Shown in pieces: positions 27,600-40,708 of a DNA stretch of 64,000 bases (positions are counted from its first letter, which is position 1; every line of letters starts with the position of its first letter). The notes beneath the pieces are model-generated. The model was not told where the DNA came from, made no database searches, and saw only the letters and a program-made list of their open reading frames with translations. The position numbers and the translations under genes are program-made. The DNA is from Callorhinchus milii (Eukaryota): contig NW_024704743.1 in assembly GCF_018977255.1 (NCBI RefSeq), forward strand, positions 29,452,001 to 29,516,000. The letters are read 5' to 3'.

Positions 27600-28005
27600 G
27601 AATGAGAGGTGGTAGGTACGAAGATGCTCAAGCTACATTTGGCGATGAACCAAGAGGCCAGTTTTATTCCATCTGCGCTCGAGCATCTGCATTTGGTATT
27701 CAAGGGAGCAGAGGTGGCTGCTATACGAGGGGGTATGTTTGGATTTCGGGGTGGGGTGGGGGGGCAAGGGAATTGAAAATTGAGGAGAGACGTATGTTTA
27801 GCAGCTTGATGGCTGCGTCGGGATTGCTGCAGGTGTAAGGCCAAGGGATAGAAGGTCCAAGGATGAGAGAGCATTTGTGAAGGACTCGGGGGGAAGCTTT
27901 TTCCAAGGGTGGAAAAAAATGGTGGAGGGCTTGGAGGGGGGAGGGGATTACGGGAAGAGAGGGAGATGAGGAAGCGGTCAGAGATAGCCTTGTTCATGAT
28001 GGACA
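27600..28005 (-). mobile_element. Old L2 internal fragment (end of endonuclease / linker)
   Basis: Translates to DKAISDRFLISLS, homologous to 53880-54089 (DKAILDHFLISFS). Confidence 0.75.
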
Positions 28006-29052
28006 GGTAGTTGAGATATAATAAATATTGGTGGCCAATTAGGGATGACTCACACTGGCCAAAGATTTCATGGGAACCAAGTATTCACCAGTACCTTGCT
28101 TCAATGCCTTTTTTATGTGTAAGCCAGGCAAGGAGAGTTGAGAAGTGCTTCAACTCCAGTTCTGGCATCACAACCAATCCAATCCTGTCTGAACAAGGTA
28201 CAACTAACAGGAAAGATGGTTAAGGCCCGCACAATAATTTAAGAAGCAGCTTCATGCTATACTGTAGGGGAGAGTTTTGGAAGAATGAGACCAAATGGGC
28301 CAACTGGCTTACTTCAGCTGAAACTCTGGGGTGATCTCTGCTAACCAACCAAGGTGGATTTCAGGAACTGGATGATAGAACATGTGTTCACAAACTCAAT
28401 CTCCAGATAATGTGTTCCAGCAGCTGTCACCCCAAGCCTCAGAGATTACTCATCAGTTATCTGATGGATACCCACCTTCAATGTGCTGGGAGGACCTTCA
28501 TAGGGCAGCTTGTTAAGTGCTAGCAACCTTGATGTTCTCGAGGTCCAAGTCCAATTCCTTGAAACCTAAGGAAGGTTAAGTGTATCCACCTCTCACATGG
28601 ATCTACTATAAAACATCCACTGTAATAAACCTCTGCCCTGTAACATAGTCCATTAATTCCCTTGAGTGCTGTTTTAACTGGGACAGGAATTGAGACAAGG
28701 AGAAGCGTAATATCCAGAGTTTTCAATTGCATCATTTGTTTTTGTGGCATATTACATCATTTACTAGTTCCCCAATTAATCTGAGATTCCTTCTGTAGGT
28801 TGCTGGTGATCTGACACTACGAGATGTGTGTAGGAGGCACGTCCCAAAGGAACAGACAGAATACAGCAGCAGACCTAAATGATAATGAAAACAATGAGCT
28901 GGCACAATGGTTTTGCTAGGTCGCATGTTCTCTTCTGCAACTGAGATTATTTATCGGCACTTGACTGGAAACACACAAAGAGTATATGGAAACACAGGAA
29001 ACACATGATAACTGCAGCAAAAAATCAACCATTCAAGTCTGGACTTTCTCAC

Positions 29053-29097
29053 CTCATAGCCCTTTTGCAAGAGAAACTCAGCCAAATACGATCCATC
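29053..29097 (-). CDS. GMDS: GDP-mannose 4,6-dehydratase, coding exon 2 (45 nt, DGSYLAEFLLQKGYE)
   Basis: Minus strand reads ttcccctcag|GATGGATCGTATTTGGCTGAGTTTCTCTTGCAAAAGGGCTATGAG|gtgaga. The translation matches the GMDS motif DGSYLAEFLLEKGYE that follows GITGQ. Phase 0 at both ends. Confidence 0.97.
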
Positions 29098-29904
29098 CTG
29101 AGGGGAAATAAAACACAAAACACAGAAGGTTAGAAAATCATCTCTTGAAATTCATATTCAACTTAATAAATTTGTGAAAGTCAAGATGTTGTCTTAATTG
29201 TTAAGAAAGTTAAGAAAGGCTGGCTAATCCAGCCTAGGTGTTTTTAGTTATTGTTGCCAATTCTACCTGCTGAATTTCTAGAAAAAAACGTTTAATCCAT
29301 CTAAACTGTTTGTAATAACCATGTGATACCTTCAATTACAGGTATAATTGGTGGGGAAAAGAATTAACTATATCTCTTTAAAACCATGAAGATTAAATAC
29401 AATATTTGGGAAGTTACAAAAAATTATCTCAAAAGACTAGTTTGCAAGCAATGTTTGTTGCCAAATATATTATACGTATATACACACAATATATACATAT
29501 ATATATTTAAGTAGAAACACACAACGAATAGGCATTTTTTCTGCATGCAATGAATAATTTCGTCCACAAAATACAAAATCAATCCACTTTATAGTAAAAT
29601 CCTATGAAGCGCTTTGAGACATCTTGACGTGATAAAGTGCTATATTAAATGCAAGGATTATTATTATAATTATTAGGATTATGATTGAACTGATAAGAAT
29701 ATTTAGGACAATGAACAATCTTAATTTATAGTCCATACAAAATGCCAACTTTGTAGATGCTCAAAAGCCATTTCACTCCAAAAATTCTGATTAGATTTAT
29801 GTGGAGTTTGATTCTATGCAGTTTGAATTATGATTTGAAACTGTGGCCCCAAAACATGGACATATGAAACATTGTGCATTTTATTTGATGATCGATGCTC
29901 CATC

Positions 29905-30452
29905 TGAGATGGACACTCCAGTGCAGTGTTGAGGAGTGCTACAGTGTTGGAGCTGCGATCCTTCGGATGAGATGTTAAACTGAAGTCCTGTCTGCCTGTT
30001 CAGGTAGACAATAATAATCCCTCCAAAACAAAACAATAATAAATTGGTCATTTTCAATCCACCACTGTTTGTGGGACACTGCTGTGCACAATTGGCTGCC
30101 GCGTTTTGTCCACAAATATACGGTCAATTCACTTTACAGTATATTCTGTGAAGCGCTTTGAGACGTCTAGAAGACGTGAAAAGCGCTATATCAAATGCAA
30201 GGATTCTTCTTATTATTATTAAAGATGGCACTATTTGAAAAGGAAAGGGAGTTTTTCCCAGTGTCCTGGTCAACAAGTCCCTCAGGTTAAAATTAGTCAT
30301 TCACTTCATGACTGTTTGTGGGATATTGTTGTGCGCAAATTGGCTGTCAGTTCGCCTACAAATCCACAGTCACTACACTTTGCAGTAAGTTCCATAAACC
30401 GCTTTGAGACGTGATAAGGCGCTATATCAAATGCAAGGATTGTTATGATTAT
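29905..30452 (+). mobile_element. Deu-domain SINE with a 5'-truncated young SINE nested inside it (30010-30220)
   Basis: The Deu core breaks after GTTCAGGTAGAC and resumes at AAAGATGGCACTATTTG. The intervening segment matches the body and tail of the tRNA-Ala SINE. Confidence 0.85.
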
Positions 30453-31899
30453 CTTGTACAATGATTCAATGGAAACTTCATGATGTTTCCAAAGACTGGC
30501 TGAAAACAGATAAAACTCTCCATTGTCAGGCAAAGTGAGTTCAAGTAAGACAGCTTCAAATATTCTTAAGAACAATCACTTAAACTACACCATCAGTATA
30601 TCCTGCTTTCATTTTCAGGTCACGAATTCAGATCTAAAAACCAACTGAACAGTATGCATGTACTTTGATTCTATTCCCTTCCCTCGGGATGATTTTTCCA
30701 CAACTCCTTCTGGGATCTCACTTAAAACAATGGCATATTGACTGTACACATGGGTGGTTTACTGGCTTTTAGTGCAGGTTTAAATTTGACCTTGGAAGCT
30801 TGTGGCAAGCAAGTCACTAATTAATCCTAAAAGTACAGCCAAAATACTATGAATCACTGTGGGTGTGTTACAAAGTGACAATTAACAATGCATATATCAA
30901 AAAGTACTGTGCTCATTAGATCAGAAACTAGAACCTGAATGCAAATAAGTTGGTACGACCGGTTTTCCATAAAGCACGCACACACTTATTGTACTTTTGG
31001 TTAAGAAATCTCCAGATACTAATTTTAGACAAACATTATAGGCTATTAACTTATTGCTGCTAAAGGAAATGTTCAAAATTGCCAAGTTTCCATAAAACCA
31101 GAAGAGCTGTAAGGGGGTGAATGTGGCAAAAGAGAAGTCTTTGTTTCAATTCATTTACAGGAATAAGAACGAACTCCAATACCAAACATCAAGTGGAAAA
31201 TGTGATTTTCTTTTAAATCAGTGGAGTTTTATTCCTTATTTCATGTCAGCAATTCAGCAAATGTGAAGAAAAAATCATTGAGGGCCCCCTCCCCCAACAT
31301 ATACACACAATGTATTTTTAAAACAAAACTGGACAGTCCTCAGTCAGTCTGTGAGACAGAGCAGAACTGAGCTCTTGTCAATAGGTCTTTTTCCCCTTCA
31401 CTCTGGCTGTTTCTCAGAGTTTCCACTCACAATGGAACAGAGCTGGCACCAGCTTTCTTTTCATTTTACAGCATTTCCTACTCTATCAAGTGATAGGGGC
31501 ACTACTTTCCAATAAGTGGGAAACAGAAACACAGAAAGAACTCTTCCCAGCAATATGAGCAAAACATTTATTTCTAAAAGTGCTGGGCCACTTGCATGTC
31601 CCGTACTTTTGTAAGTGGCTGAAAGATAAATCTCTTCAGAAACTAGAGAAATAATATATAATGAATCTGTACAAATGTACTATACAAGCATAGAATTCTT
31701 CTTAAATAAATATATTTTTATGTTAAAGAAAACCAGATGCATTCAGTGTGGTGCGATATGGCTATCAATGTCTTTATACAGAGAAAATTAGGAGAAAAGC
31801 CAGACTTGTGGGTGACTGAAGCTCTGTTACAACACTGTATATTGCTGGCTGTAAGTTTTAATAAACCTTATACACAAATTTTAATCTGGTATCAGTGCA

Positions 31900-32215
31900 C
31901 AATAACAATAATCCTCGCCTGTCGAGAGGATGTCTCAAAACACTTCGTAGGATTTACTGTAAGGTGCAGTGACTGTGCATTTTGTAGATGAACGTGGCAA
32001 CCAATTGGCGCAAGGCAATATCCCACAAACACCCATGGGGTGAATGATCAATTTTAATTGGATGGGCTGTTGGCCAGGACACTGGGAGAAATTGCCACCT
32101 CTTTTCGAATAGTGCCAAGTGATCTTTAACATCCAGCTGAACAAACAATCAGGACCGCAGTTGGACATCTTAACCGAAGGACGCCACCCCCAGCATTGCA
32201 CTATAGTGTCATCTT
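31900..32215 (-). mobile_element. Deu-domain SINE remnant
   Basis: AATAGTGCCAAGTGATCTTTAACATCCAGCTGAAC plus SINE body and tail. Confidence 0.78.
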
Positions 32216-34739
32216 CAACTAATTGGTTGTAGAAGTATTGAAAATATTGGGTTAAAAAAGTATTTAAATTCCAGAATGGTTTTCTCATCAAAATCCATTC
32301 CCCTCTCTAAAATCCACCACAGAACATCCCTATAATGGGTAAACTCAACTAAGATGAAAGGGGAGAATGCACAACTCACTGTAGGCACAAGAATAGGAGC
32401 TGTTTGCTCCCTCCATCACCTCATTCAAGATCTATCTTTCTTTGTCTGTGCTCCCACCCCCAGCTCAGGTAACTATTTAGTATTGTTAAGTGCATTTGGA
32501 CGTCCTCCTGACGTGAAAGGTACTATACAAATGTTAGTTTGTACCGTATTGTCCAATTTGCGACCAACTACACTCACTGACAAGGAATAGTGGTTCTGTG
32601 CATTCCTAATGATCCAGGCCTCCAGAAGAGGAAAATGTGATGAAGGGTGGAGCACCTACAGTTAGACATCATTATAGTGGAGAGAACATAACACAGGAAC
32701 ATGGTGGATCCGCAGTACACTAAGGTGTGGTATACTTCCTGCCTTGGCACTGACTGGACAATTTCCTGGGCATAGTGCACAGATGTCAGCATCATCCCTG
32801 GAAACATTCATGCTCATGAGAGTCGTCTGCACTGACTGGTGCATAAGCACAATGACATCAGCATTGATCCCCACAATCCTGGAAGTGCTGGTGAGTGGCT
32901 ACATTACAACGGTCTCCATTATAACCCGGGATTTCATTTTATGGACCCTCAAGTGATGAGTTGAAATGGGGTTGGACTGTGCTAGTAATTAAGTGAGAAT
33001 GTGTGTCAACGAGTCATTGCTCAGTAAACAGTTTGCTTCTGAAAAATATGACATAAGAAAAATGTACAAGTATCAGTGAATAAACTAACATAAAATACTC
33101 AATCCAGTAGTCTAATACTCAAGCAAAATGAAAGCTTTATCTTTGCTCGCACTGTATTGTTAAAATGCACAAGTTCAAAATGTCTTTCGAGAATACATTC
33201 AGCTGAACATATTCAACTGAATATGCTCTTAAACTCATTTATTATTTTCCTGTTAGTGTATTCTTAAAGTAATGGTAAGAAGTCTAAAAATATAATGTTC
33301 TGTTGGGTCCATGCGTGAGGATACAAGACCTACTTGTATTTAGGTACCAGCTTTTCATGTAAAAGAAATGTCTTGAAGCCCTTAACAGAATGAGATTAAT
33401 TAGAAATAAAGTGAATATTCGGGAGACAAATGTGTCATTAACAACCTACAACGAGCAGTGAGACGAGTGAGCAATTTGTTAGAATATTGTTTTAGTTTTT
33501 TAAAAAAGATGTGGCTCCTGTAAGCATAGAGGGCTGTACAATTGGCAGTTTTTATTTCACAGGTGAATTTTGCAAGCATTTGGTGGGTGAAACCAGCTGT
33601 TAACTTTCAGGCTATAAGGTCACCAAAAAGCAGGTTTGCATGTGGAGTTAGATGACAAGCAGACAGTGTACTGCCAGATTATACAATCATACATGCTCAG
33701 ACAAGACTTGTTCGGCTGTCATCCAACTACTGTACTCACTGTTTTAATGGCAGCTCTCCAGCAGTTTATAATCAAATTTGATACCAGATTTTGGTGCTGT
33801 GCTGTTTGCCAGCAACAATCCTTTTTTTTAAAATAAAAAGATATAATTGCTCTACTGCTCAAAACAAAATACAGTATGTTGAGAGTAAAATCACTTACGT
33901 CTGTAGCCAAACCATTTTCCAAGATTGCTATTTCATGTGTGAAATATCAATCTGGTCACTGCAATAATTATTTATTTAATCTCACCACATTCACTTACGC
34001 CAGGAATTAATCACATCCCATGATTAAAAACTGTATTAATTTCATTCGGACCAATTGGGAAATGAGCCAAGTGTAAATAGAGATTATAATCAAATTGATT
34101 TAAATGATGCACAGTACTGCTGGAGAGTGCTCATAAAGAATTAATTTTTCATGACCAGTTTTGTTTAGTTCTTAGCAATAACAGATTCTTTACGTTGCAG
34201 AATGATTTTTAATTCAATTCTTCCCCCCACACTGATTTTAAAAACAAATCTAACTTTCTAGATCTCCCCAATAACATGTAGCTCCTGTTTGTGAAGGAGG
34301 GCAAGTGAGTTTGTCTGAGGCCTTTGTGGGCCAGAACAATTTAGATTCTCACACTTGGCCTGCACAACATTCTGGCAGTGCAACCGAGACTGGGTCGTCA
34401 TGGAATAATAATTTGGACCATCGCTGTGCCACCTCGTACATCAGTTCAAAGCGTAGCAGCAATTTCTGTAAATATAACAGCTTTTAACAATGAAAGCTTT
34501 CAATAAAAGGAAAAAATATTTGGAAAATAAAGAAAGCAAAGGTACTCAGGTAATTTAAACCATACCTTCTCAATTCGGGCTGCTGACACCACTGCCTCAT
34601 GTTCACTTTTGTACGAGAGAATATTTTCATAAGTATAGAGGCACTTTTGTTATAATGCGCTCCTCTGGGTTCAATAGCTGAGGCCAAGTTATAAGTCAAG
34701 TGTGAAAAAAATGGCCAAATTCTGGAGTGTCAGATCCCT

Positions 34740-35005
34740 GCTGACAACATTTTCTGCGCATTGTGTACAAACACAATATACATAGGAAGCGCCATCTGAC
34801 TTCACTTCCTGCAGGGTCGTCCCCCTGCATGTGCAGTACATAGGAAGTGATGTGAGAAGAGCTTCTTGCGCGTGATGTCAGTGACAACATGTCCACCTGG
34901 AAACCAGCTAGTTAATACCGAAAGCTTCCAGTTCGTGAATACCCACAGGGCACGAGCGCTATGAGCATGTCGGTGCTATACAAGGGGGCAGGGCTGCGTT
35001 TTAAC
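34740..35005. promoter_or_regulatory. Candidate intronic enhancer or insulator (ETS-like motif cluster, locally CpG-enriched)
   Basis: AGGAAGCG, CACTTCCT and AGGAAGTG lie within about 70 bp. There are partial CTCF-like cores (GCGCCATCTG, CAAGGGGGCAG) and several retained CpGs in non-repeat DNA. Motif evidence only. Confidence 0.3.
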
Positions 35006-37279
35006 TGGGTTTCTCTGTGTTGGGGAACAGCTGAACAATGAGAATAAATTGAATTTCTCTATACTTTGGCAATGAGAAAATGGCAAAAACAGCATTATGA
35101 TTGTATGTCACAATGCAAATTGCAGTAAGTGAGTTAAAATGTTGTGCTCAGGATACAGCCTTATTCAATATGAAAACTACAGTGAAACACTGAAGGCTTG
35201 TAGGGATTGGGTTTGTATCAGCGGTGCCTTATTATTGGCTGACCTGCCATTAATATTTTGGTAGTAGACCTTGCCCTCAAGCAGACAAAAAAAATGTTAT
35301 CAATAAAATTGACATTCCCTTAGGGAGCCAGTCTTGAGGGACTGAAGCTGAAAAATTGTTGAGAAAGCCTCATTGCCAAGTTTCAGATTGGAGACCATAT
35401 GAGTTACCAAGCGTGTGTAATGGAAAACCCAACAAGTCCCATCAATGCCAAATTGACCGTCGTTGGCTCCCTGTTCCGTTTGAATATTGTGTGTTGTGCT
35501 TGATGAAAAACATAAGATGTTAAGCTACGTGACTGTTCGTCTCAGTTACTAATTCAATATTCCACAAAGTGCAGCTTAGAAATGGCAAAAGACTGAAAAA
35601 AGGCACCTGTTAACAACTACAGCTCCAGGGTCAGTGAATACATTCCTCCAAACACAGTGCTGGCTAAACCTTACCGGTCATATCTGATCCCTTTCACAAA
35701 AAAATAAAAAAATAAACTCCATCAGTTCCACAGAAGTGTTGACAACTAATGCCATGACTATAGTTTTACATTATTACTAAGTATATCTGCCAGTGCTCAG
35801 GCCCTACGGCACACACAGTCACAGCCAAGAGTAAAGCTGTGGACTGTGAATGGAACTTCCACTGAGATTGTGGCTTATCTCGGGTGATTTGAACTGCAAC
35901 CTCCATTCTGTTTCCCTCAGATTACATTAAGGGACAGGAAGGGACTGGGGAAGCTAAGGAACTCTACTTCAGGCAGGCCTTCCACTAATTTGGCATCCGA
36001 TAAAGCAGTCCAAAATTGGACCAAATCCAGCCAAGACCTGAACTTCCACAATTTGTACTTGAGAGTAATTAAAAGTTGGGTGGATGTCCTGTGTTACAAA
36101 ACCTTATGACACAGAGTCTACAACTTGCTCTCCGGCACTCCACCTAAATGACTCCCACAGTATTTGAAAGGAAGCATCTTACTTCCTCAATTCCAGTCTA
36201 CTGTATTGCAATTTGATTACAAGCATCTACCTGTGTCCAGACTGGATACAATAAAAGCAGATTTTTTTGCACAAACGGGGCTAGAAAATGCCAAGTTTGC
36301 AGTGGCATGAAACGCCCTATTGTCAGAGATAGATCTGCTATCTGGATCTTCACAATGGTTCATCTACAATTTAGTTTGAACGTTCTCAGAATTCTCCAGT
36401 TCACTGGTGATTTATAAATGACCAGGTGGTTGTCCATTAGACCATATGACTTATAAAAATACTCCAGTATCCTCCACTTAATCTTGAAAACACTGGTATT
36501 TTTGATATCCATCAGTCACCTGAACAAACGATCTTTTGGAGAAGATCAAGCAAATCCTCTTATTAAACAGGTAATGTCTTCAGGCAAACTTTTTTTTAAA
36601 AAAAGATGAAACCATATAAGATATTGGAATAAGATGTGTAACTTAATTATTATACAGATTTTTTTCTCAATCCACAGGTGTCAATTTGGCTGGTTGGTCG
36701 AACTATCTCTTCTCGGTCAGAAGGTTGTGTTCATAGTCCAGACTGACACACCAGTAGATTATTGGGGAGCGCAGCATTGCCAAGGGTCTAGAGGTGTGCC
36801 TTGAAGGAGGCGAGGGAGGGAGTGAAGTGAAGGGAATGTGGGATGGAGTTCATGCCTGAGATGAGGCTTTAATCCTTCTTGTATGGCACTATTAAAAAAA
36901 TAATTTTGGGGTCAGCCAGGTGTCTGACACATCACCATCCTTAAAGAGTATCCAAACCAGAGTTCCACGCATGTCAGCTACACATGGAAATTCCCCTGTT
37001 TGGAATGGAATGTGCACTCTTCCCCTGGAGGGATGCATCCTATTTATCTATTCGGGTCTATTTGACAAGTTTTAGGGAAAAGTGAATTCCTTTTATGCAC
37101 ATCTTATGTCACCAACAGCATACACTGTCACTACTCTTTACAATAAATCCTGTAAAGAGCTGTGAGACAGCCTCCCAAAGTGAAAGGTGCTCCATCAAAT
37201 GCAAGGATTATTAATCTTACTTCTTCAAATGCTGAATTGTTCTGAACATGAGCTGACTAATACTTTAACCAAGCCTCTA

Positions 37280-37530
37280 GCTGCCTATCCAGACGGACGT
37301 TAAAAATCCCAAGACACTATTCAAAAAGAGAAGGAAGTTTCTCCCAGTGTCCCAGCCAACATGCCTACAAAACTGGTCACTCATTCCATAGCTGTTTATG
37401 GGACAATTTGGCTGCCATGTTCACCCATAAAAATAGTCACACCACTTTACAGTATATCCTGTGAAGCACTTTGAGATGTCTCAAAGGCATAATAAGGTGT
37501 TATACCAAATGCACGGATTATTATCTTATT
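37280..37530 (+). mobile_element. Deu-domain SINE 3' half
   Basis: GGACGTTAAAAATCCCAAGACACTATTC...GTGAAGCACTTTGAGATGTCTC. Confidence 0.75.
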
Positions 37531-37799
37531 TTATTCATAATATACTATAACATTAATTTATACGTTTAAAGTGAATCATTATATTGCTTTTTTGACTTTA
37601 ATCTGTGAATATTTTTGACATAAAACATTTAGCAATAGTTCAGGAAAACCAAAAAACAAACATAACATAGAACGTTCAGGAATATAAATCTGCTCTTTAG
37701 GTTCTACGTTCTTAGTACATTCTGAAATCTTACTTTCCACTAAAGGTTTCAGCAATATTTTGTTCAGAATCCCTGAATGCTTGGTGGATTAAGGCACGC

Positions 37800-38125
37800 A
37801 ATGTAACACAAAGGCAGATTTAATTTGCACACAGCAATGTCCCACAAACAACCATGAAGTGAATGACCAATTTAATCTGGGGGAGTGTTGGTCAGGGCAC
37901 TCGAAGAAACTCCCTTCTCTTTACGAATAGTACCAACTGAACAAGCAGATGGGACCTTGGTTTCATGTCTCATCCAAAGGATGGAGGCTCCAACAATGCA
38001 GCCCACCCGCCGGTCTGCACTCAGACGAAATTGAGTTCAAAGTCCCAACCTAGTATTGATCCTCTTTCCCTCCACTCAGACCTTTTATTCAACAGGGCGA
38101 TAGTGATTTGAGCTAAGCCAGGGTG
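37800..38125 (-). mobile_element. Deu-domain SINE remnant
   Basis: TTTGCACACAGCAATGTCCCACAAACA...GGGACCTTGGTTTCATGTCTCATCC. Confidence 0.72.
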
Positions 38126-38244
38126 ACACCTGTCAACTATCAGGCTGGCTGAATTTTTAATGCAAGTATTTTCCACTGAAATAAATCACCTCACAATTTG
38201 TTCCATTAAATTTTACTTGCCACTGATCAACTCATTGCGCTAAT

Positions 38245-38855
38245 CTAATGCCTTCATTACAACCAGGTTTGTCTATGCCAACGCCCTGCTTGTCGGCCTT
38301 CTCAACACTTTCCTCCACAAGCTGCAGATCATCCAGAGCTCTGCAGCTCATGTCCTCTCCCAAACCAGGCTCGGTGACCCCATCACATCCACCCTTGCCC
38401 GGCTCCACTGGCTCTCCATCCCCCAAAGGATCGAGTTCAAAATTCTTGTCCTCACCTTCAATGCCCTCCATGGCTTTTCCCCCTTATACCTCTCTGACCT
38501 GCTAACCCATTATCAACTCGTCCGCTCCCTCCGCTCAGCAGGTTCTGGCGTCCCCCGCCCAGCCCGCCCCACCATCGGCGGCCGGCCTTCAACCTCTCTG
38601 TCCCCCCACTCTGGAACTCCATCCCACATTCCCTTCACCTCACTCCCTCCCTTGCTTCCTTCAAGGCAAGCCTCAAGACCCTCCTCTTTGACCATGCCTT
38701 CAGCCACCCTCCTACCCTCTCTGCCCTACACCCTCCCTGATCTCAACCCCTCCACCTCCAGCTCGGGTCCTAATCCCTGACTGTCCAGCGCTTTGAGACG
38801 TCCTCCCGACGTGAAAGGTGCTTTACAAATGTAATTTTGCATTCTTGTATTGTAA
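38245..38855 (+). mobile_element. L2 LINE 3' fragment
   Basis: Encodes HKLQIIQSSAAHVL...LHWLSIPQRIEFKIL. Tail is GAGACGTCCTCCCGACGTGAAAGGTGCTTTACAAATG. Confidence 0.93.
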
Positions 38856-38884
38856 TTTGCTTAAATATTAAAAAAAAAGTCATT

Positions 38885-39075
38885 TCCATTAATAGGAGAG
38901 TCAGTCAGGGACAGAAAAAGGGTAAAAAAAATGTTGAGGTGTGGAATGCTCTGCCGAATAAGATGGTGGAGACGGAAACCATTGTAGCTTCCAAGAGGGA
39001 AGTAGATAGGCATTATGAATGAGAGGGGCTTGAAGAGGAATCAGGGTAAAATAGAGCCGTGGGATTGAATGAGGC
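38885..39075 (+). mobile_element. Old CR1 LINE 3' fragment
   Basis: Encodes VEVWNALPNKMVETETIVASKREVDR. Confidence 0.75.
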
Positions 39076-39865
39076 AGTAGTTGTAGATTTCTCTGTTTCT
39101 ATTTTAGAAGGTGGGAGAGGGGGTTCAAGGCCCACAAATATTATCCCATCCCCCTTATTTTGTTCACTTCATTTAAAATGTCTGAACCAGGTATGTAGTT
39201 TAGACATACTTTTACAATCTTGTCATGGAGCTGGGAAATACTTTTAGTTCCACAACTGAACAATGCTTCAGAAACGTGAACTTTCTTTCAAGATCAGTTC
39301 TGCAATCCAGAGCCAAAACGTTTGTTATAAAGGAGGATACTTAAAAATGTTCAATTTACACTCTGACATGCGGAACTCATTTTGAAAATCTTAAAACTTC
39401 TGAACGACAATTCAGTCACGGAGCTAATTGTCTTCATGAACAACCGTAAAACAATATTATGTTTGTAGCTGCAGCAGCTTAAACTGGTTAACCAAAATCC
39501 CCATTGAAGGCATTTGAACAATGCAGCCAACTTTCTAAAGGCACCTCACAGCATCATAGCTGAGTGTTAAAGCACTTTGCATAACAGACCCACTCTCCAT
39601 TACGTGCATTTATTTCTTTGAAATTAATAATCTTAAAGCTCATTAGATGCACAGAATGTTCAGTAGATAACCCTGTTTATTACACTCACAAGGACAACAT
39701 TCATACATAATTTGAAATGTCATCTCTCCTAAATGATCACATCTTCATCACTCATTCTGAGCTGCACAATTCCCACTTTTCAACATTTTCTAAATGAACC
39801 ACACTCATACCTTCAAACAGACTGCCACAGATCTAAATCTGCAATTCCAGGGTTATTATTGCATT

Positions 39866-40708
39866 AACAACAAATTGCATTTATATAGTGCCTTTTACTT
39901 TGAGAGGATGACCCAAGCCACTGGACAGTAAAGGATTTGCACCCAAGCTGGTGGCTGGAGTCAAGAGGGGTGGAAGGCGAAGGAGGTGGGAAGATGACTG
40001 AAGGCATCAAAGACAAAGGTTGTTAGATGGGCCTTGAAGGAGCGAAGGGAGGGAGCAAGGTGGAAGGGCTTCAGAATGGAGTTCCAGAGGATGGGGCAGA
40101 AAAGCTGAAGGCCCAACCGCTGATGGTGGGGTAGGCAGAGCGGGATATATGAAGCAGGCCAGTACCTGCAGAGCGGAGGGATCAGGCATATTGGAAAGCT
40201 TTTAGCAGGTCACAGAGGTAGGGAAGGGTAAGTCTGTGGAGGGCTTTAAAAGTGAGGGCAAGTATCTTAAAACTCTATCCTCTGGGGGTTGGGGAGCCAG
40301 TGGAGCCGGGCCAGGATGGGGGTGATCCGATCACGGATCTCAGTGTGGGAAAGGACACGAGCTGCAGAGTTCTGAATACGCTGCAGCTTGTGGAGGGAAG
40401 AGTTGGGAAGTGCAGGGAGCAGGAAATTAGCATAGTCAAGCCAGGACATAATGAAAGCATGGATAAGGGTCTCGGCACTTCAGGGGAGAGGTAGTGGTGG
40501 AGGCGGGCAATTTTGTGGAGGTGGGGGATGGCAGAACAGGTCATGGCTTGGATTTGGGGTTTAAAAGGCAGTTGAGGGTCGAACAAAACACCAAGGTTAC
40601 ATACTGGCTCAGTGAGATGAAGAGTGCATCCAGAAATAGTGATGCTGTCAGGGCCTGAATGAGGAATCGCTGACGGGAGCTGAGCAGGAGGGCCTCGGTC
40701 TTATCGAT
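39866..40708 (-). mobile_element. L2 LINE 3' fragment
   Basis: ORF 40267-40449 reads LDYANFLL...[15 protein letters not shown]...LHWLPNPQRIEF. L2-type tail near 39870-39930. Confidence 0.92.

Noticed and set aside
28030..28560. GC-balanced stretch that might be coding (also about 14960-15290 and 32590-32960)
   Set aside because: No recognisable protein motif or consistent splice sites. These may be very old transposon remnants but cannot be supported without a search.
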